64,000 bases of DNA from Nitrososphaerota archaeon (lineage in GTDB: Archaea > Thermoproteota > Nitrososphaeria > Nitrososphaerales > UBA57): the NCBI GenBank assembly GCA_024860875.1, contig JACPSZ010000008.1:84106-148105 (forward strand). Direction: 5' to 3'. Under the pieces are notes generated by a model. That model saw nothing but the letters and a program-made list of their open reading frames with translations. It did no database searches and was not told where the DNA came from. The position numbers and the translations under genes were made by a program. How positions within the stretch are numbered: the stretch's first letter is position 1; every line of letters starts with the position of its first letter. Positions 26,302-34,820 of this stretch are shown here, one piece after another.

Positions 26302-27920
26302 TGCCGGCGTATGAATTGGCAGACTCTCCAACGATAGAGGTTGTAGGCCGGGGCACTTGGCTCGACAAGGTTGCCAAGCGTATTTTAGAGAGGGAGCAGA
26401 AACTCGGGCGTTCTCTACATCTGATAAACGTGGAAAGCGGTCTTGGAGCTTCTGGCATACCGCATGTTGGAAGCATAGGCGACGCTGTAAGGGCCTACGG
26501 CGTAAAACTTGCTTTGCAGGACACGGGCTATAAGTCAAGACTGGTAGCATATTCAGACGATCTTGATGGCTTGAGAAAAATTCCTGATGGTCTTCCCGAG
26601 TGGCTCTCCAAACACATCGCAAAGCCGGTCTCGATGATACCTGATCCGTTCGACTGCCACGAGTCCTACGGGTCGCACATGAGTTCTATGCTTCTGGACG
26701 GCCTTGACAAACTTGCGATTGACTACACGTTTCAGAGCGGCGCGGAGGCTTACAAAAGTGGCTTGTTGAATAAGCAGATTGATATCATTCTGCAGAAGGC
26801 CGACAAAATAGGTAGCAAGATTGCCGACGCTTTAGGACAGACAAAATTCGAGAAAGTCTTGCCATACTATCCGATATGCGCCGGCTGCGGAAGGATATAC
26901 GTGGCTCAGGTCAGTCAGTACATTCCTGCAGAGAAGAAAGTCATCTACAAGTGTGACGGTGCGGAGATTAGGAAGCAGTGGCTGCAGGGCTGCGGTCATT
27001 CTGGAGAAACAGATATAACAAAAGGTCTAGGGAAACTAAGCTGGAAGGGGGAGTTTGCTGCAAGATGGTCCGCATTGGACATAAGGTTCGAGGCGTATGG
27101 AAAAGACATTGCTGACTCTGTTCACATAAACGACTGGATTTCCGACGAGGTGCTGAAGTTTCCTCATCCTTCTCATGTTAAGTATGAATTATTCCTCGAC
27201 AAATCTGGCAAGAAGATATCGAAATCTCTTGGCAATGTCTTCACCCCCCAAACATGGTTCATGTACGGAACTCCGCAGTCTCTGATGCTGCTGATGTTCA
27301 AGAGGATAAAGGGCACGAGAAACCTCTCCGTCGAGGATATCCCGAACTACATGGACGAACTTGATACTCTGGAGGATCTGTATTTCGGCAAAACAAGGGA
27401 GGAGAACGAGCAGAAGAGGATCAGGTTAAAGGGTCTATACGAATACGTGCATAAGCTGTCTTCTCCGCAAAAACCGTCTTTGCACGTTCCCTACAGGCTT
27501 CTTGCACAACTTGTTGCCGTTGCACCTCCTGACGATCTAGTCGGCTATGTGGAAAAGAAACTTGCTAGCTACGGAATGCTCAAGCAGATTGATGATTCAT
27601 TAAAGATAAAAATTGCGCTGGCAAGAAAGTGGACAGAAGATTTCTCGAAACTGGAAAGGAAGAGAGTTATTCTGTCTGAAGTTGATAAGCAATGCATATC
27701 TGAACTTGCTCAGTATCTTGCTGAGGAAGCCGATCAAAAGGCTCTGCAGAGCGAGATATTCGAGATTGCAAAAAGAAATGGGATTGAACCTTCGCAGTTT
27801 TTCAAGACACTCTACAGGGTTCTGCTCGGAAGTGAGAGAGGCCCCCGACTAGGCCCATACATAATCGACATAGGGAGGGACAGAATCAGAGGAGTTCTTG
27901 ATGAGCAGCTTTCAAAATAA
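26301..27920 (+). CDS. lysK: Lysine--tRNA ligase, class I
   Basis: SGIPHVGSIGD (HIGH-like) and GKKISKSLGN (KMSKS-like). The size and layout are those of archaeal class I LysRS. The start overlaps the elp3 stop (TAATG). Confidence 0.9.
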   Translation: MPAYELADSPTIEVVGRGTWLDKVAKRILEREQKLGRSLHLINVESGLGASGIPHVGSIGDAVRAYGVKLALQDTGYKSRLVAYSDDLDGLRKIPDGLPEWLSKHIAKPVSMIPDPFDCHESYGSHMSSMLLDGLDKLAIDYTFQSGAEAYKSGLLNKQIDIILQKADKIGSKIADALGQTKFEKVLPYYPICAGCGRIYVAQVSQYIPAEKKVIYKCDGAEIRKQWLQGCGHSGETDITKGLGKLSWKGEFAARWSALDIRFEAYGKDIADSVHINDWISDEVLKFPHPSHVKYELFLDKSGKKISKSLGNVFTPQTWFMYGTPQSLMLLMFKRIKGTRNLSVEDIPNYMDELDTLEDLYFGKTREENEQKRIRLKGLYEYVHKLSSPQKPSLHVPYRLLAQLVAVAPPDDLVGYVEKKLASYGMLKQIDDSLKIKIALARKWTEDFSKLERKRVILSEVDKQCISELAQYLAEEADQKALQSEIFEIAKRNGIEPSQFFKTLYRVLLGSERGPRLGPYIIDIGRDRIRGVLDEQLSK

Positions 27921-27981
27921 TCATCTTACGAGTCCTCTACTTAACTATCATTCTAAGGCAACATAATCAAGACTCAATTTC

Positions 27982-28006
27982 TGGTTCTGGTGCGTCTTCG
28001 GGACAT
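27982..28006. repeat. Left arm of a 25-nt near-perfect inverted repeat
   Basis: tggttctggtgcgtcttcgggacat matches the reverse complement of 28306-28330 at 23/25 positions. Confidence 0.7.
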
Positions 28007-28305
28007 GCACCAGACTTCCCTGATCTGATGCAGCCCTTCAACTGGAATGTCAAAGCACTCACCTGCATAAAATTATTTTTGAGGGGATAATATATAAAGC
28101 CAGATGGGAAGGTCAATATTGATGTAGCAGACCTTCATAAGAAATTCATCTGGTTATCAAAGAAATTAGAAACTTTAGCAGAAGACGATAATCTTAGAAA
28201 CTGGTTCTATTTGCCTGCTTCCTGACCTTCCTTGCATATTCTGATAAAGCACTCTTCAGCAGCTTCTCCGGGGTTATCCCCATTTCTTTGGCCTTTTCTT
28301 TTTAA

Positions 28306-28330
28306 ATGTCCCGAAGACACACCAGAACCC
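28306..28330. repeat. Right arm of the 25-nt inverted repeat
   Basis: atgtcccgaagacacaccagaaccc. The arms are separated by 299 nt. Confidence 0.7.
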
Positions 28331-28801
28331 AATTTCTCTGCATTGAGTGTCTTCTTTGCTAAGAGTAACTGCAACCATGAACAATATTGGTATACTTGCA
28401 ATCAATTCTACATCGTCCTCCCTTACTATATCACTTGAATACGATATGGTAATCTACTCTGATACTCCAGTACTCTACTAATACAATTTTATACTGCATA
28501 CCATACGTACTATATTGAGGAATATCATTCATCGAACCAAATATTGACTTCTGAAAATTTGCAAAAATTGTCGGACATAAGACGTTTAAGTTTATATACA
28601 AAACAAGGCAAAATTTTTGCACATAGGACATGTTTTGTTAGTAACTCTTATTCTGGCTTCATATTGTAGTCCCCTGCATAGAAGCTATACTCAAGGGTGC
28701 CTGTGTGCAGTGGCACGCATATAGGCATTCAAATCTGAACAGAACTAAACATACCAAAAACAACAACCATAAAGACCGCGTCATAGAGACCTCTGCCGAA
28801 C

Positions 28802-29308
28802 TTGTGGAGAAATGCTTATGCAAAGTTCATGCGCCAGAGGAGTAGGCTGGAAGTAGTCCAGAAAATGATCCAGCTTGGCATTTCGGTTGATAGCAAGGGC
28901 GGAATGTTCATCGGCAACTTGCAGGTCTATGATACCGCTCTTGCAAGGGCTGTAAATGTTGACAGAAGAGTTGTAAGAAATACTGTCACGCAGATACTCG
29001 GAGATGCTGAACTGCGGGGAATATTTAGTAAGATCAAGCCCGTCGGGACAAGTCTGGTAGAAATTGCAAGCTTGCTCGGCTATACAGTTTTGGTAATTTC
29101 AGCAGACCCGTACAAGCCAGGAGTCATAGCTGGAGTCGCTGACGTTCTTGCTGATGCTAATATTGTAATTAGACAGGCACTTGCTGATGACCCTGATATG
29201 ACGCAGGATCCGAAACTTACCCTTGTAGTAGAAGGGAAGGTTCCTGCATCGGTGTTGACAGGGATCCAAGATATAGAGTCTGTCAGAAGCATAACCATTC
29301 TAAAATGA
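28802..29308 (+). CDS. ACT-domain regulator of amino-acid metabolism (COG2150-like)
   Basis: An N-terminal HTH-like part plus an ACT-like C-terminus, LLGYTVLVISADPYKPGVIAGVADVLADANIVIRQALADDP. Confidence 0.65.
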   Translation: MWRNAYAKFMRQRSRLEVVQKMIQLGISVDSKGGMFIGNLQVYDTALARAVNVDRRVVRNTVTQILGDAELRGIFSKIKPVGTSLVEIASLLGYTVLVISADPYKPGVIAGVADVLADANIVIRQALADDPDMTQDPKLTLVVEGKVPASVLTGIQDIESVRSITILK

Positions 29309-30345
29309 GCCAGATTTTGAAACTGCAGGAAAGGCTCAGCAAATTATCAGTAGCAGTGCTTCCAGACTTTTTTGCCGACAGAATCCTCTATGTCCCTTCT
29401 ATCGAACAATTCTTCGAGGATGCGAAGAAAAAAGCGTCTTCTGGAGGAGGAAGCTTGCGCGGATACAAACAGAAGGAGATCAAGGGAGGGAACGCGACGA
29501 ACCTTGCTTTTGCACTTTCATCGCTCTCTGTCAAGACAAATCTCTTTATCGTTGGCGACGATGTAGCTAAAGGGTTTATAGCGTCAAAGCCCAAAGATTG
29601 TAATGTCCATATGATTGACGGTGCATCTGGTTATACTATTGCGATAGAGTTTCCGTACAAAGGCAAGAGGGTGAATGTCATGGTGAGCGATGTTGGAGAT
29701 TTAGCAGGGTTTTCTGGAGACAAACTGAGCGATGCAGATATTAAAAAAATTTCAAGTTCGTCTTGCGTTGCTCTGGTGAACTGGTCATCCAATAAAAGAG
29801 GAAACGACCTTGCTGAATTGATTTTCTCTCTCCCGAAAAGGAAAGATAGACTGAATTTCCTTGACCCTGCTGACCTTACAGGCACGGAAGACAGAATTGA
29901 TGTTCTAATCAAAAGAATAATCCAGAGAGGGTTGCTTGATGTTCTTAGCATAAATGAAAACGAGGCGAGGATTCTGTCCTCTCTTCTATCATCAAAGCTT
30001 CCGAGCAACTATAATGCTAATGATGTTAAGAGAGCTGCAAAGTCTCTACATGATGCCATGGATATTGCTATTGACATTCATACGCCGCAAGGCTGCGCAT
30101 CAGCATTTGATGGAGAATTGTTTTGGGCAGATTCACTTAGCGATATTGAAGGCGTTGTGACAGGAGCTGGCGATGTCTGGGATGCGGGGGACATAATCGG
30201 TCACCTGCTGAAATTGGAGCCTCAGAAGAGGCTACATCTTGCAAACGCCTGCGCCTACCTGTACCTGAACAGCAATGATGCCCGACCTCCAAACCTTAAT
30301 GACATTATAAAGTTCCTTAAAAGGCGTAAAATCAGTCTGCTTTGA
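29305..30345 (+). CDS. PfkB-family carbohydrate/nucleoside kinase
   Basis: Ribokinase-like fold with the C-terminal signature VVTGAGDVWDAGDIIG. The start overlaps the upstream ACT gene (ATGA). Confidence 0.7.
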   Translation: MSQILKLQERLSKLSVAVLPDFFADRILYVPSIEQFFEDAKKKASSGGGSLRGYKQKEIKGGNATNLAFALSSLSVKTNLFIVGDDVAKGFIASKPKDCNVHMIDGASGYTIAIEFPYKGKRVNVMVSDVGDLAGFSGDKLSDADIKKISSSSCVALVNWSSNKRGNDLAELIFSLPKRKDRLNFLDPADLTGTEDRIDVLIKRIIQRGLLDVLSINENEARILSSLLSSKLPSNYNANDVKRAAKSLHDAMDIAIDIHTPQGCASAFDGELFWADSLSDIEGVVTGAGDVWDAGDIIGHLLKLEPQKRLHLANACAYLYLNSNDARPPNLNDIIKFLKRRKISLL

Positions 30346-31357
30346 CGTCGGAAACTGTAGGTTCGTACAGATAACAGGAAGCCAAGCGTCCGTTAGAAAT
30401 CTGCTTCATCTCCGGGTATTTTACAGGGCACAGAGTAAAGGCGTAGGGACACCTTGGATGTAGAGAGCAGCCGCTTGGTATGTTTGCGGGGCTAGGTATC
30501 TCGCCAGTAATTCTGACATGCCTCTCCTTGAACCTGTTTGATGGATCTGGTTCAGGTACTGCATCAAGCAGTGCTTGGGTGTATGGATGCAGAGGATTTT
30601 CAATGACATCGCTTGCCCTTCCCATCTCCACTATCTTGCCAAGGTACATTATGCCAATAGTGTCTCCAACATATCTTGCTGTCGAAAGGTCGTGCGTGAT
30701 GTAAAGATATGTTATGTTTCTGCGGTGCTTGAGCGAGAACATCAGTTCCAGAATCTCTGCTCTTATCGACAAATCCAGCATGGAAACAGGTTCATCTGCA
30801 ACTATAAACTTCGGTTCAAGTACAAGAGTCCGGGCCATGGCAAGCCTCTGCCTTTGCCCCCCAGAAAGCATATGAGGAAACCTTTCGAGAAAGTCTTCTG
30901 GAGGTATGAGCTTGACATCTTCCATAGCCCGAAATATGATTTCCTGGCGTTCTTCCTTTGTGCTTCCTACATTATGAATATGCAAAGGTTCGTTAAGGAC
31001 ATCCCAAGCAGTGAACCTAGGATCTAGGGAAGCATAAGGATCCTGAAAGATCACCTGTGCAACCCTTCTGAACTCTTTTAGTTTCTTGCCCTTCACCACT
31101 GAAATGTCGTTGCCCTCAAAAGTAATTTTACCAGCATCAAGCTCATAGGCTTTAAGCAGGAGCTTTCCTAGTGTAGTCTTTCCACAACCAGACTCTCCGA
31201 CAAGGACGAAAATTTCCCCTCTCTTTATCTTGAGGCTGACGTTATCGACTGCCTTTACATAATGGATTGGTCTTCGCAGAACTATATCTGACAGATCTCT
31301 CCTTATCGGGAACCACTTTGAAACATTTTCTGCAACTATAAGATAATCGTCCTGCAT
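30332..31357 (-). CDS. oppF: Oligopeptide/dipeptide ABC transporter ATP-binding protein (OppF/DppF-type)
   Basis: Walker A GESGCGKTT, signature LSGGQRQR, Walker B FIVADEP, and the Opp C-terminal Cys motif GCSLHPRCPY. Confidence 0.9.
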   Translation of the reverse strand: MQDDYLIVAENVSKWFPIRRDLSDIVLRRPIHYVKAVDNVSLKIKRGEIFVLVGESGCGKTTLGKLLLKAYELDAGKITFEGNDISVVKGKKLKEFRRVAQVIFQDPYASLDPRFTAWDVLNEPLHIHNVGSTKEERQEIIFRAMEDVKLIPPEDFLERFPHMLSGGQRQRLAMARTLVLEPKFIVADEPVSMLDLSIRAEILELMFSLKHRRNITYLYITHDLSTARYVGDTIGIMYLGKIVEMGRASDVIENPLHPYTQALLDAVPEPDPSNRFKERHVRITGEIPSPANIPSGCSLHPRCPYAFTLCPVKYPEMKQISNGRLASCYLYEPTVSDVKAD

Positions 31358-31361
31358 AGTA

Positions 31362-32321
31362 TCAAGCCTTTTCCTTATAGAGCCAGCAGGTAGCCTTCTG
31401 ATCAGTAAAGGTGAAGTATGGAGGCGTAGAAACTTTGCATATACCCATCACATATGGGCAGCGAGGATGAAACCTACAGCCTGGCGGAGGGCTCTTAAGG
31501 TCTGGAGGAATGCCTGGTATCGATTCAAGTTTTGTACGCTTCCCATGCAGTCTAGGAACCGCGTTCAGGAGTTTTTGCGTGTAAGGATGTTTTGGATTGT
31601 TGTAAATCTGCTCTGCCGGACCAATCTCCACCAATTCGCCTGCGTACATTATCCCCACAATATCTACAAGTTCAGAAATTACACTCAGATCATGAGTTAT
31701 CATTATTATTGAAATTCCAAGTTCCCTTTCCAGCCGCTTTAGAAGGTTTATGACCTGAGCTTGAACAATTACATCAAGAGCTGTTGTAGGCTCATCTGCA
31801 ATAACAATCTTTGGCCTTAAGATCAAAGCCATTGCAATGACGACTCTCTGCTTCATTCCGCCGCTGAGCTCGTGAGGATAGCGTTGCATCATGCTTGCAT
31901 CGAGCCCAACTTCCCTCAATGCATCTTCAGCCTTCTTCCTAGCCTTTTCGCCTACCAATTCAGAGTGAAACTTTAGAGGCTCCATCAACTGATGGCCTAT
32001 AGTATAAACAGGGTTCAACGCGTTCATGGCACCCTGAAATATCATAGAGATCTGCCTCCAACGCACCTCAGTCCTGTACTTCTCCTCGTTGAACTGCAGA
32101 ATATTGTTTCCGTCCAAACTTATTGAACCAGAAACTATTCTCCCCGGTGAAGGAATTAGATTCATCAATGCCAAGCCAAGAGTAGTTTTACCAGAACCAG
32201 ATTCTCCAGCAATGCCAAGAGATTTACCTTTCAACGAAAATGATACTCCATCAACTGCCCTTACCGTCCCTGTTGATGTAAAGAAATGCACTTTTAGATT
32301 GTCTACTTCGAGCTCTACCAA
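31362..32321 (-). CDS. oppD: Oligopeptide/dipeptide ABC transporter ATP-binding protein (OppD/DppD-type)
   Basis: GESGSGKTT, LSGGMKQR, IVIADEPTTALD and GCRFHPRCPY. Confidence 0.9.
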   Translation of the reverse strand: MVELEVDNLKVHFFTSTGTVRAVDGVSFSLKGKSLGIAGESGSGKTTLGLALMNLIPSPGRIVSGSISLDGNNILQFNEEKYRTEVRWRQISMIFQGAMNALNPVYTIGHQLMEPLKFHSELVGEKARKKAEDALREVGLDASMMQRYPHELSGGMKQRVVIAMALILRPKIVIADEPTTALDVIVQAQVINLLKRLERELGISIIMITHDLSVISELVDIVGIMYAGELVEIGPAEQIYNNPKHPYTQKLLNAVPRLHGKRTKLESIPGIPPDLKSPPPGCRFHPRCPYVMGICKVSTPPYFTFTDQKATCWLYKEKA

Positions 32322-32322
32322 C

Positions 32323-33729
32323 TTACAATTTCCTCATCTTTGGGTTCAGAACCTTGTCAAGACCATTTCCTATCAGGACAAAGGAGATTGCTGTCAGGGC
32401 CAACATCACTCCTGGTGGCATTATCCACCACCAAAGCTGCCTTGCACCTGCACCAAAAGTATATGCGTCATTTAGAATTTTCCCCCAAGTAGGAACCGTT
32501 GGGTCTCCTAACCCAAGGAAACTCAAACCCGCCTCGGTAAGTATTGGCCCAGGAACAGAAAGCGCTACACTTGCGATAACATATGGTGTTATTTGAGGAA
32601 CCATATGCCTTATCATCACCCATCTGCTAGACGCTCCAATTAATTGTGATGCTTCTACATATGGTAGGGTTTTCAATTGCAAGGCTATGCTTCTTGTAAC
32701 CTTAGAGAGACCTGGCCAGCCAAATACCACAAGAATGACTATCAACAGGCCAAGGGTCATCCGAGTCGAAACTGCAATTATGATCAAAAGGAAGAGCAAC
32801 GGAAATGATATGATAATATCACTGAAACGCATCATGACTTCGTCTGTCTTTCCCCCAAAATAGCCGCTTGCTACACCATAGATCAAACCTATGCCAGTCC
32901 CAAATATCGATACCGTAATTCCTATGAAGAGTGCGACGGGCGTCCCCCAAAGCACACCTGTCCATATGTCCCTTCCAAGATCATCAGTGCCCATGAAGCC
33001 AAAGACCTTTCCTCCAATTATCAGCTCTGTCTTCTGAACCCTGTCATCCGACCCGAATAAAAAGAACGACGACTCGAAAGTATATCGTCCTCTAAGGAGT
33101 CGTGAGCCTTCGTCAAATTTGTCGCAGCTTACCTGGAATATTAGAACGTTAGCTCTAGTATCATTAAGAGCCGAGGCAGGGCAGTTCGGCTTGGAAGATT
33201 GCTGCAAGACCGTATTTCTCAGGATTCTCTCAGCAGAAGAAATGGTTCCGTTAAATCTGTAAACTGCAACTTGAGCTGGAGGAGATGGTGCAGTTGTGCG
33301 CACAAGTGAAAAAACCTCGCCATCAGGCCTTGTAACTCTAAGCTCTATTTGCGGCGGAGTTGCTCCATAGTTCAAAAAATAGTTAAAATTGATGTCGTTG
33401 GGAAAGTCGTCGTAAGAATAATCCAACGTATAAGAATGAATTACTCTTCTAAACTCTCCTAGGACATCCTCATTAACGGCAGGTTGCTGGAGAATCAGGT
33501 GCTCGGGTTGTTTGCTTGATGAAAAGAAGTTTACCCATGCAGGCTCGGCAGTCTTGGGATATCTTACCCAGTATGTTGGGTTGCTCCATTCTCTAAATGT
33601 TTCTGGGGGGAGAGAAGTTAATGCTATGGATGTAGCTATAATGAGCAGTATAAGTATAGATAAGCCCAGAATTCCTTCGGGCTGTTTAACAAAGTCTCTC
33701 CATAGAGACCTAACACCTCTTTGTGACAC
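32323..33729 (-). CDS. oppC: ABC transporter permease (OppC/DppC-type) with a long extracytoplasmic insert after TM1
   Basis: The C-terminal BPD_transp_1 core contains the EAA-like motif YVEASQLIGASSRWVMIRHMVPQI. About 200 aa lie between TM1 and TM2. Confidence 0.85.
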   Translation of the reverse strand: MSQRGVRSLWRDFVKQPEGILGLSILILLIIATSIALTSLPPETFREWSNPTYWVRYPKTAEPAWVNFFSSSKQPEHLILQQPAVNEDVLGEFRRVIHSYTLDYSYDDFPNDINFNYFLNYGATPPQIELRVTRPDGEVFSLVRTTAPSPPAQVAVYRFNGTISSAERILRNTVLQQSSKPNCPASALNDTRANVLIFQVSCDKFDEGSRLLRGRYTFESSFFLFGSDDRVQKTELIIGGKVFGFMGTDDLGRDIWTGVLWGTPVALFIGITVSIFGTGIGLIYGVASGYFGGKTDEVMMRFSDIIISFPLLFLLIIIAVSTRMTLGLLIVILVVFGWPGLSKVTRSIALQLKTLPYVEASQLIGASSRWVMIRHMVPQITPYVIASVALSVPGPILTEAGLSFLGLGDPTVPTWGKILNDAYTFGAGARQLWWWIMPPGVMLALTAISFVLIGNGLDKVLNPKMRKL

Positions 33730-33738
33730 GAATCAAAA

Positions 33739-34800
33739 TCAACCTGCCTTCACTCTGGGATCGAAGAAACCATATAATACATCAATAATGAAAATGCTTG
33801 CAAGGTAAACTGCTGTAGATACATAAACAAGACCAATTATGATTGGAATATCCAAAGCGCCTATTGCTGTGTAGAAAAGCCTTCCCATACCCGGCCAGTC
33901 GAAGACCGCCTCGGTAATCAGTGCTCCGCCTAAAGAACCCGACAAGCTTAGAACTACTAAAGTAATAACTGGAGGTGCAGCACTTCTCAACACATGACCG
34001 TAAAGTATTCCGCGTTCTGGAACTCCTTTTGCCATTGCGACCGTGATGTAATCCTCCTGCATTATTCCTATGACAAGGTTTCTAACAATATAGGCCCACC
34101 CCCCAAATCCAAGCAGAGTAATCGTGAGTAAAGGAAGTGTCATATGGTATAGCAACGCCGGGATATACGCTGGGTCGCTAGGGGGTATAAGGGGAGTCGC
34201 TCTGGCTGGGAATATCCTGAGGGTGTAGGAAAAAAACACGATCGCTATGATGCCAACCCACCATATTGGCACAGTTCCACTTGCGACTCCAATCGTTGAA
34301 ATCAGCCTGTCGAGAATGCCTCCTGGCTTTCTTGCTGCTCTAATCCCTATCAGAAGTCCTATGATAAGACTCAGAATAGTTGCTGTAGTAAAGAGCAAGA
34401 TTGTCTTTGGGAGTGCTTCTAATATGATATCCCTAACTATGTTCGAACCACCGTAACTCCTCAAAAAATAGGATTCTCCTAGATTCAAAGTTGCCAAGCT
34501 ATAGATACTGTAACCCAGCCGCTTGGGCGACCACCACGGGTCGTTTAGACCGAGGTTTTGTATCTCTCTCTGTTTTATCTCCTCCATTTGCTGTTTAATC
34601 AGGTTTGCATCTCCGCAAAATGATGGAGGCCTCAGCATGTTGCATCGTGTAGAGATATCCCCCCTTACATATGATTCTACTTGTCTTTTCAATACGTTGT
34701 CAGTAGCGGGGCCGGCGAAGGCGAGTGTTAGGAGTAATACTGCAAACAGCACCAGAACTAAGTTTAGCGTCCTAGTTACTACGAACCTGCCTAGCCCCAA
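33739..34800 (-). CDS. oppB: ABC transporter permease (OppB/DppB-type)
   Basis: Six-TM permease with YITVAMAKGVPERGILYGHVLRSAAPPV (EAA loop). Confidence 0.85.
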   Translation of the reverse strand: MGLGRFVVTRTLNLVLVLFAVLLLTLAFAGPATDNVLKRQVESYVRGDISTRCNMLRPPSFCGDANLIKQQMEEIKQREIQNLGLNDPWWSPKRLGYSIYSLATLNLGESYFLRSYGGSNIVRDIILEALPKTILLFTTATILSLIIGLLIGIRAARKPGGILDRLISTIGVASGTVPIWWVGIIAIVFFSYTLRIFPARATPLIPPSDPAYIPALLYHMTLPLLTITLLGFGGWAYIVRNLVIGIMQEDYITVAMAKGVPERGILYGHVLRSAAPPVITLVVLSLSGSLGGALITEAVFDWPGMGRLFYTAIGALDIPIIIGLVYVSTAVYLASIFIIDVLYGFFDPRVKAG

Positions 34801-34820
34801 TTACTTCCCCTTTTCTGGGG

